From: Methanothrix sp. | GTDB taxonomy: Archaea; Halobacteriota; Methanosarcinia; Methanotrichales; Methanotrichaceae | NCBI GenBank assembly: GCA_040770465.1 | Contig: JAXGJB010000001.1 | Coordinates: 32,001-96,000, forward strand | DNA: 64,000 nucleotides | Reading direction: 5' to 3' | Part shown: positions 57,238 to 64,000 of the stretch, one piece after another | Layout of the letters: each line of letters starts with the position of its first letter | How positions within the stretch are numbered: the stretch's first letter is position 1 | Notes under the pieces: generated by a model | Database searches by the model: none | The model's input: the letters and a program-made list of their open reading frames with translations, nothing else | Told to the model about the DNA's origin: nothing | Made by a program: the position numbers and the translations under genes

Positions 57238-59298
57238 TCATTCCGCGGGCGCTATCTTGCAGGCCGCCATCTTGTACTCCGGGATCTTGGATATGGGGTC
57301 TCGCGCGTCGGAGGTGAGAAGGTTCGCCCCGTAATAGTGGAAGGGCATGAAGACCATCCCCGGCTTGACCGAGTTCGTCAGCCTCGCCTTCGCCCTCGCC
57401 TCTCCCCTGACCGTCGAGACGACCACCATGCTGCCGTCGGCGATCTTCAGGCGGGACGCGTCCTCGGGGTTCAACTCCACGTACAGCTCGGGGTCCCTCT
57501 CCATGAGGGAGGCGCTCCTCTTGGTCATGGAGCCGCCGCAGTAGTGGACGACTATCCTGCCCGTCGTCAGGAGGATGGGGTACTCGGCGCTCGTCACCTC
57601 CGCAGGGGGGACGTTCTCGACGGCTGCGAGATTTGCCCTGCCGTCCGGCGAGGAGAACCTCTCGGTGTGGAGGATCTCCGTTCCAGGGTGGTCCTCTGTC
57701 GGGCAGGGCCAGGGCACGCCGCCGGGCTTGGATATCCTCGACTTCGTAGCCCCCTTGTAGGCAGGAACCGTACGGTTGATCTCCTCTAAAACCTCTGAGG
57801 CGGAGGCGTAGTTGAATGAGGCGGAGGCGTAGTTGAAGTCCAGCCCGAGCTTTCTTGCGATCTCGCAGATTATCAATAGCCCCTCTTTAGCCTCTCCGGG
57901 CGCGTCCACGGCCTTATCGACCCACTGAACCCGTCTCTCCATGGAGGTGTAGCTGCCGTCCTTCTCAGCCCAGGCGGCGGCTGGAATGACGACGTCGGCG
58001 AGCCTTGCCGTAGGCGTCATGAATATCTCCTGGACCACCAGAAAGTCGAGGCTCTCAAGAGCCTTGGTGGTCTTTGAAGTGTTCGGATCGCAGATGACGG
58101 GGTCTTCGCCAATTATGTACATCGCCCTGATCTTCCCTTCGAGGGCCGCATCCATCATCTCGGTGGAGGTCATCCCCGGCCCCTCGGGGAGGCTTTCCGC
58201 CCCCCATGCGGCCTTGAAGAAATCGACGGACGCGGGATCAGCCGCCCTCTTATATCCTGGATAGAACTCGGCGATGGCGCCCATATCGCAGGCTCCCTGG
58301 ACGTTGTTCTGGCCTCTCATGGGCATGATCCCAGCCCCTGGCCTTCCCACCTGGCCAGAGATCAGGGCGAGGTCGGCGCAGGCCCTGACGTTCTCGGTGC
58401 CGCAGACGTGCTGGGTGATCCCCATGGAGTAGAGGAGGGCCGAGGCCTCCGAGCGGGAGTAGAGCCGGGCCGCAAGGGCGATCTCCTCGGCCGGCACCCC
58501 CGTCAGCTCCGCGGCCTTCTCGACGGTGAACCCGTCCAGGCTCCGCAACAGGTCCTCGAAACCCTTCGTCCGATCGGCGATGAACCTCTCGTCTATCAGA
58601 CCTTCGTCTATCGCGACCTTCATCATCCCCCTGATGAGATCGATGTCGGTTCCGGGCGCAAGCCTCAGATGGAGGTCTGCCATCCAGGACGTATGGGTGA
58701 TCCTGGGATCGACGACTATGATCACAGCCCCATTGTCCTTGGCCTTCTGGACCCACCGAGAGACGACGGGGTGGGCCTCGGCCAGGTTAGTCCCTATGGC
58801 CAGGATGCATTTGGCGTTCTCCAGATCCCTGATGTTGTTGGTCATAGCCCCGGTGCCGAGGGCCCCACCAAGTCCCACCACCGTAGGAGAGTGGCAGAGT
58901 CGGGCGCAGTTGTCGACGTTCGGCGATCCCAGGAGCCGGGCCATCTTCTGGATGACGTAGTTCTCTTCGTTGTTGCACCTCGATGAGGCGAGAAATCCGA
59001 GGGATCGGGGTCCGTGATCTTTGACGGCCTTTCCGAGCCCCTTTGTCACCAGGTCCAGGGCCTCTTCCCAGGAGATTCTTACCCACTCGCTCCCGACCCT
59101 CCGCATCGGGTATCGGAGCCTCTCCTCGTGGTTGAGGATCTCCAGTACCGAGTTGCCTTTGGGGCAGAGGCCTCCCTCTCCCGTCGGATGGTCGAGCATG
59201 TACTCCATCCCCGTAACACGCCCTTTATCCACCACCAGGTAAAACCCGCAGCCTACGGCGCAATAAGGGCAGACAGACGCAATTTTTTCTTCGGTTAT
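57238..59298 (-). CDS. fdhF: Formate dehydrogenase alpha-like molybdo/tungsto-bis-PGD subunit (Cys ligand), copy 2; start uncertain (ATA 59298 or TTG 59358)
   Basis: CPYCAVGC..C, NCARLCH, RGQNNVQG, EKDG, FMPFH, PEYK. Confidence 0.9.
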   Translation of the reverse strand: MTEEKIASVCPYCAVGCGFYLVVDKGRVTGMEYMLDHPTGEGGLCPKGNSVLEILNHEERLRYPMRRVGSEWVRISWEEALDLVTKGLGKAVKDHGPRSLGFLASSRCNNEENYVIQKMARLLGSPNVDNCARLCHSPTVVGLGGALGTGAMTNNIRDLENAKCILAIGTNLAEAHPVVSRWVQKAKDNGAVIIVVDPRITHTSWMADLHLRLAPGTDIDLIRGMMKVAIDEGLIDERFIADRTKGFEDLLRSLDGFTVEKAAELTGVPAEEIALAARLYSRSEASALLYSMGITQHVCGTENVRACADLALISGQVGRPGAGIMPMRGQNNVQGACDMGAIAEFYPGYKRAADPASVDFFKAAWGAESLPEGPGMTSTEMMDAALEGKIRAMYIIGEDPVICDPNTSKTTKALESLDFLVVQEIFMTPTARLADVVIPAAAWAEKDGSYTSMERRVQWVDKAVDAPGEAKEGLLIICEIARKLGLDFNYASASFNYASASEVLEEINRTVPAYKGATKSRISKPGGVPWPCPTEDHPGTEILHTERFSSPDGRANLAAVENVPPAEVTSAEYPILLTTGRIVVHYCGGSMTKRSASLMERDPELYVELNPEDASRLKIADGSMVVVSTVRGEARAKARLTNSVKPGMVFMPFHYYGANLLTSDARDPISKIPEYKMAACKIAPAE

Positions 59299-59332
59299 GC
59301 CAACACCTTCTGCTAATATTTTCAGCGCCCTC

Positions 59333-59752
59333 TCACGGGCTCTTCCTGCACCTTCCAAGCACCATCTCTCGAGTTGCCCTCTCCGCCTCGATCTTCCGGC
59401 GGCAGGTGGGGCAGACCCGGATCCATTCCAGCCCCTCAGAGTCCTTCTGGGAGTCGGCGGGGAGGACCGACTCGATCCTTTTGAGCATCGGCTCCGTGGC
59501 GTACCGCGACCCGCAGATCTTGCAGGCCACAAGGGCGAAGGAGACCTCCGGTTCCGGAACCGACTCGTCGAGGGGGACGAGGGTCAGAGCTTTTGCCGGG
59601 CAGAGCTCGACGCAGAGATCGCACTCCTCCCGACACTTTTTCCAGTGGATGGACCGCTTCGTCTCGGTCTCGGTTCGGACGATGTTCTGGTTGGGGCAGA
59701 CGTTGGAGCAGGAGCAGCAGCCAAGGCAGAGATCCGGATCGACTTTGATCAT
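59333..59752 (-). CDS. 4Fe-4S dicluster protein with C-terminal CxxC...CPxC
   Basis: CLGCCSC..VCP, C.EECDLC..LCP, CKIC, CPTC. Confidence 0.85.
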   Translation of the reverse strand: MIKVDPDLCLGCCSCSNVCPNQNIVRTETETKRSIHWKKCREECDLCVELCPAKALTLVPLDESVPEPEVSFALVACKICGSRYATEPMLKRIESVLPADSQKDSEGLEWIRVCPTCRRKIEAERATREMVLGRCRKSP

Positions 59753-60186
59753 CTTCGAACCCCCTGAACGGCAGCTCGCGCGGCTCGGGCCTGCGCCCTG
59801 CGAGACGCCAGATCGAAATCAGTGGTCAGAGCGTTGGCAGGACAGGTAGTGACACATGCGGGCTCAGGCCGCCCTTCGCAGAGGTCGCATTTGTGGGCTA
59901 TCTTATCGGTCCATACGACCCCGAAGGGGCAGGCGAGGCTGCATAAACCGCAGCCGGTGCACTTCTCGACATCGAAGGCCGTCCGCTCCCCCTCCTTGAA
60001 AAGGGCTCCGGAGAAGCAGGCGATGGTGCAGTTTGCCTCTTCACAGTGGTGGCAGAATATGGGAACCGAGGCGGAATCACCTACAAAATGGACTTTGACG
60101 TGGCCGAGGCCTTCGTGGACCCGCTCGCAAGCCACCTCGCAGGACCGGCAGCCGATACATCTAGCGACATCGACGTAAACTGGCAT
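59749..60186 (-). CDS. HycB/HydN/DmsB-like four-cluster 4Fe-4S electron transfer subunit
   Basis: CIGCRSCEVAC, CHHCEE..C...C, CTGCGLC..ACP, KCDLC...C...CP. Confidence 0.88.
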   Translation of the reverse strand: MPVYVDVARCIGCRSCEVACERVHEGLGHVKVHFVGDSASVPIFCHHCEEANCTIACFSGALFKEGERTAFDVEKCTGCGLCSLACPFGVVWTDKIAHKCDLCEGRPEPACVTTCPANALTTDFDLASRRAQARAARAAVQGVRR

Positions 60187-62223
60187 TCAGTCCCTCCGGG
60201 AGATCTTGCAGGCCGAGACCTTGAACTCCGGTATCCTTGCCTCGGGGTCGGTGACCTCCGATGTCAGGATGTTCGTCCCGGGGAAGTGGAAGGGCATGAA
60301 GACCACCCCTCTTTTCACCCCGTCGGTGAGACGGGCGCGGGCCTCGGTCTCTCCCCGGGGCGTGGTCACCATCACCTCATCGCCGTCGGCCACCCTGAGC
60401 CGCAGGGCGTCGGTGACGTTCATCTCCACGTACAGGTCCGGCTCCCGGCTGATTAGAGACGGGCTCCTTCTTGTCATGGACCCGGCGTTGTGGTGGACGG
60501 CGACGCGGCCCGTGGTCAGGATGAAGGGATAGTCCCAGCTCGACTCCTCTGCCGCCGGCCGATAGGCTACCGGCACTATGGCTGCCCGTCCATCGGCGAG
60601 CTTGAAGCCTGAAGAGTGGAGGATCGGCGTTCCTGGATGGTCGGCGGTGGGGCACGGCCAGACGAGGCTTGATTCGCCGAGCCGATCCCGGGTTATGCCG
60701 GCGTACTGGGGGACGGTCCGGTTTATCTCCGCCAGAACCGAGGCCGCATCGGGATAGTCGAGCTCGATCCCGAGGGTTCTGCCGACCATGCAGACTATCT
60801 CGAGGTCGGAGAGGGCCGATCCTGGGGGATCTACGGCCTTGAAGCTCCACTGGACCCTTCTCTCCGTATTGGTGAAGCTGCCCTCCTTCTCCGCCCAGAC
60901 AGCCCCGGGCAGAACGAGATCTGCGAGGTTCGCCGTGGCGGTCATGAATATGTCCTGGACCACCAGAAAATCGAGGTTCTCGAGAGCCTCGTGGACGTTC
61001 CGGCTGGAGGGGTCGGAGTTTGCCGGATCCTCTCCGACGATGTACATCGCCTTGATCTCCCCCGCCGCTGCAGCATCGATCATCTCCGTGGCCGTGAGGC
61101 CGGGTCCCAGAGGAAGCCCCTCGGCGTCCCAGGCGGAGGAGAAGTATCGAACCGTCTCGGGATCGTCCGCCTTTCTATATCCGGGATAAAATTCGGCCAG
61201 AGCCCCCATATCGCAGGCGCCCTGGACGTTGTTTTGGCCCCGAAGCGGCATCACCCCCGTCCCCGGCCGACCGATGTGGCCGGTGATGAGGGCGAGGTTG
61301 GAGATGGCCTGGACGTTCTCCGTACCTGTGGTGTGCTGGGTGATCCCCATGGAGTAGAGGATCGATGAGGCCGGTGATATGGCGTACGCCCTTGCTGCCC
61401 TAACAATATCGTCGGGGGATACGCCGGTGATCTCCGACACATTCTCTGGGGAGAAATCTTTGACCGATTCCCTCAAGGCCTCAAAGCCTCGTGTATTCTT
61501 GGCGATGTAATCTCCGTCAAAAAGACCCTCTTTGATTATGACGTGAGCCATCCCGTTCAGGAGGGCCACGTCCGTTCCTGGCTCAAGCTGCAAGAATATG
61601 TCCGCCATCCAGGAGGTGTGAGTCTCCCTCGGATCGGCGACGATCACCACCGCGCCGTCGTCATGAGCCCTGTGGATAAAGCGAGATATGACGGGATGGT
61701 TCTCCGCCAGGTTCGACCCTATGATGAATATGCACTGTGAGCTCGCTATATCGGGGATGGGGTTTGTCATCCCCGCCGCTCCCAGCGTCCGGTTCAGACC
61801 CACCACCGAAGGGGCGTGGCAAAGCCGGGCGCAGTTGTCGACGTTCGGCGAGCCGAGAAGGCGGGCCAGCTTCTGGATCAGGTAGTTCTCTTCGTTGGTG
61901 CATTTGGAGGAGGCGAGGATGGCGATCCTCCTCGGGCCGTGCTTTCTGATGGCTCCGCCCATCTCCCGGACCAAGAGGTCCATGGCCTCGTCCCAGGATA
62001 TTTCGACAAAACCCTCCCCCTTCCTCTTCAGAGGAGAGGTGAGCCTGTCCTGGTGGCGGAGGATCTCCAGGGCCGCGTTCCCCTTGGGGCATAACGCTCC
62101 CTCGCTGACGGGATGGTCCCGCATGTACTCTATCCCGGTGGGGTTTCCCTTCTCTACCGCGATGAACAGTCCGCAGCCTGCCCCGCAGTAAGGGCAGACC
62201 GTTGGAACAAGCACTCTTGTCAT
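60187..62223 (-). CDS. fdhF: Formate dehydrogenase alpha-like subunit (Cys ligand), copy 1
   Basis: CPYCGAGC..C, NCARLCH, RGQNNVQG, EKEG, PEFK. Confidence 0.92.
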   Translation of the reverse strand: MTRVLVPTVCPYCGAGCGLFIAVEKGNPTGIEYMRDHPVSEGALCPKGNAALEILRHQDRLTSPLKRKGEGFVEISWDEAMDLLVREMGGAIRKHGPRRIAILASSKCTNEENYLIQKLARLLGSPNVDNCARLCHAPSVVGLNRTLGAAGMTNPIPDIASSQCIFIIGSNLAENHPVISRFIHRAHDDGAVVIVADPRETHTSWMADIFLQLEPGTDVALLNGMAHVIIKEGLFDGDYIAKNTRGFEALRESVKDFSPENVSEITGVSPDDIVRAARAYAISPASSILYSMGITQHTTGTENVQAISNLALITGHIGRPGTGVMPLRGQNNVQGACDMGALAEFYPGYRKADDPETVRYFSSAWDAEGLPLGPGLTATEMIDAAAAGEIKAMYIVGEDPANSDPSSRNVHEALENLDFLVVQDIFMTATANLADLVLPGAVWAEKEGSFTNTERRVQWSFKAVDPPGSALSDLEIVCMVGRTLGIELDYPDAASVLAEINRTVPQYAGITRDRLGESSLVWPCPTADHPGTPILHSSGFKLADGRAAIVPVAYRPAAEESSWDYPFILTTGRVAVHHNAGSMTRRSPSLISREPDLYVEMNVTDALRLRVADGDEVMVTTPRGETEARARLTDGVKRGVVFMPFHFPGTNILTSEVTDPEARIPEFKVSACKISRRD

Positions 62224-62284
62224 CTCAATCCCTGAACTTGGTTCCTAAAGACTTCAATATGTATAATTACAATAATATACACAC

Positions 62285-63097
62285 TCAGTACGCATACAGA
62301 TTGCTGTAGGGCCTCTTCGACCGGGGAGTCAGCTTGACGAATTGAGAGCCCGTTATCTCCTCTTTGTCCAGCCCCACCTCGGGGAAGCGCTCGACGAACT
62401 TTGAGACGTACTGGTCCAGGACCGCCCGGTCGGCCTCGTCTATGGGCGAGATCTCAACCTGGTCTCCCACCTGAGACTGGTCTACGCTCCCCCGGAGGTA
62501 GATCACGCCACCGTGCATGCCGGTCCCTATGAAGTTAGCCTGGTGGGTCTGGCCTTCCAGGTCCAGGATTATCACGATCCCCCCGGCCATGTACTCGCCA
62601 AGGAAGTCCTGGGACCTGCCACCCACCACCAGAACGGGCCTTTTGCCCTCGTACTCTTTCATATGGAGGGCGGTTCGATAGCCGCAGCCGTCCCGGATGT
62701 AGATCTCGCCTCCACGCATGGAGAAGCCGAGGACGTCTCCCGCCCTCCCCTTCACGGTCACCTCTCCGGCGTCCATGGTGTTTCCGACGCCGTCCTGGGC
62801 GTTGCCGTGGACGGCTATGGTATGGCCGTAGAGGAAGGCGGCGAGGTCGTTTCCGGGGGTTCCGAATATCTCGATCTCCATCTTGAGACGGTTTGGCGAG
62901 TAGAGGCGGGTGCCTATGTACCTCTGGCCGCAGATGTTGGTGATGCTGACCTTTCTCTTGCCGGATAGCATCAGGTCTCGCAGCCGGTCGTTCAGCTCTC
63001 TCGTCTCGAGGTTTGATGCATCTATATCGGCTGCCATCATCTCTTCAGTTGCCTGATCTGCATTTAGACTCCGTTCGGATACAACAGCTTTAGCCAT
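62285..63097 (-). CDS. Glutamate synthase GXGXG domain subunit (GltB3)
   Basis: GQRYIG, GTPGNDL, GNAQD.VGNTM..G, DFLGEYMAGG, GTGMHGG; ATG 63097. Confidence 0.9.
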   Translation of the reverse strand: MAKAVVSERSLNADQATEEMMAADIDASNLETRELNDRLRDLMLSGKRKVSITNICGQRYIGTRLYSPNRLKMEIEIFGTPGNDLAAFLYGHTIAVHGNAQDGVGNTMDAGEVTVKGRAGDVLGFSMRGGEIYIRDGCGYRTALHMKEYEGKRPVLVVGGRSQDFLGEYMAGGIVIILDLEGQTHQANFIGTGMHGGVIYLRGSVDQSQVGDQVEISPIDEADRAVLDQYVSKFVERFPEVGLDKEEITGSQFVKLTPRSKRPYSNLYAY

Positions 63098-63102
63098 CTT
63101 TC

Positions 63103-64000
63103 TCACTCTCCGGCTCCTTTTATTCCCAAAACGTCCAGTTCCCAGTCGTAGAGCCCCACCCCGCGCAGGTGGTCTCTGTTTCCTCGGAGGCTCTCCAGGG
63201 CGTTGATCCCCATCCCTCCCAGCATCTCGCTGATCTCGTGAGACCAGGCGGAGATTAGATTGGACAGCCTCGTGGAGGCGATATCCACGTTCAGTCTGCC
63301 GGAGAGGCGCGGGTCCTGGGTGCATATTCCCCAGTTGCACTTTCCGGTGTAGCATTTCTGGCAGAGGGTGCAGCCCATGGCGATGAGGGCCGCAGACCCT
63401 ATGTAGACGGCATCTGCCCCCAGGGCGATGGCCTTGATGATGTCGGAGCTGCAGCGGATCCCGCCCGCGGCGATGATGGAGCATTGGTTGCGGATCCCCT
63501 CCTCCCGGAGCCTCCGGTCGAGGGAGGATATGGCGAGCTCCGTCGGTATCCCCACGTTGTCCCGGATCGCCTTGGGGGCGGCGCCCGTCCCGCCCCGGAG
63601 GCCGTCGATGGCGATGATGTCGGCGCCGGCCCGGACGATTCCCGAGGCGATGGCGGCGAAGTTGTGGACGGCGGCGATCTTGACTGAAACGGGCTTCTCG
63701 TAGTTTGTAGCCTCTTTGAGAGCGCCGATGAGGGTTGCGAGGTCCTCGATGGAGTAGATGTCGTGATGAGGTGCCGGAGATATGGCGTCGGTCCCCTGGG
63801 GGATCATCCTCGTCTTGGCCACTGTGTCGGATACCTTCTCGCCGGGGAGGTGGCCGCCTATCCCGGGCTTTGCCCCCTGCCCCACCTTGATCTCCACCGC
63901 CTGGGCCGTGTTCAGGTACTCGGCATCTATCCCGAACCGGCCGCTGGCGACCTGGACGATGGCGCACCTTCCGAACTCGTCTCTCATCTCGAGGGGTAGG
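63103..64000 (-). CDS. Glutamate synthase FMN-binding subunit (GltB2), 5' part outside the window
   Basis: QVASGRFG, EIKVGQGAKPG.GGHLPGEKV, SPAPHHDIYSIEDL, GGTGAAP, C..CQ.C..G.C. Confidence 0.93.
   Translation of the reverse strand, partial: LPLEMRDEFGRCAIVQVASGRFGIDAEYLNTAQAVEIKVGQGAKPGIGGHLPGEKVSDTVAKTRMIPQGTDAISPAPHHDIYSIEDLATLIGALKEATNYEKPVSVKIAAVHNFAAIASGIVRAGADIIAIDGLRGGTGAAPKAIRDNVGIPTELAISSLDRRLREEGIRNQCSIIAAGGIRCSSDIIKAIALGADAVYIGSAALIAMGCTLCQKCYTGKCNWGICTQDPRLSGRLNVDIASTRLSNLISAWSHEISEMLGGMGINALESLRGNRDHLRGVGLYDWELDVLGIKGAGE

Noticed and set aside
59299-59532. N-terminal extension of the 764-aa FDH ORF
   Set aside because: It overlaps the Fe-S gene in another frame and has no counterpart in the paralog.
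57238-62223. Selenocysteine recoding in the FDH subunits
   Set aside because: Both have Cys in NCARLCH and no in-frame TGA.
62285-63967. 560-aa ORF as a fused protein
   Set aside because: The 5' half is an Arg/Pro-rich shadow frame over gltB2; the real gene starts at 63097.

Overview
GC-rich archaeal chromosomal segment, most consistent with a Methanothrix/Methanosaeta-like methanogen (Methanosarcinales); this assignment is inferred from gene content and order. It is mostly core genome: PAN, MBF1, Sua5, AMP phosphorylase, trmY-pus10-rpl21e-rpo4-DUF655-rsmA-aroA, rps13-rps4-rps11-rpoD-tRNA-Leu, initiator tRNA-Met, aIF2g-PIN-rpo7-spt4-DUF359-rps24e-rps27ae, MCM-DUF424-NMD3, dnaG, pth2-truD, homocitrate synthase, hisHF, tandem formate-dehydrogenase-like genes and glutamate synthase subunits. 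Accessory genes are interspersed: a secreted ~20-repeat TPR protein, an S8 protease with an FG-GAP partner, NosD-type surface proteins and a stand-alone TIR-NB-ARC-TPR (NLR-like) gene. The most notable unexplained signals are: the mosaic TIR-STAND candidate immune gene; the shuffled TPR array with variation confined to a few positions; structured leaders before dnaG and rps13; a multi-stem element beside tRNA-Met; several genes that appear to start at ATA/ATT/CTG; a decayed ribB; and an IS481-type remnant. No CRISPR array, rRNA or intact mobile element is visible. All calls come from reading motifs by eye; no searches were run.
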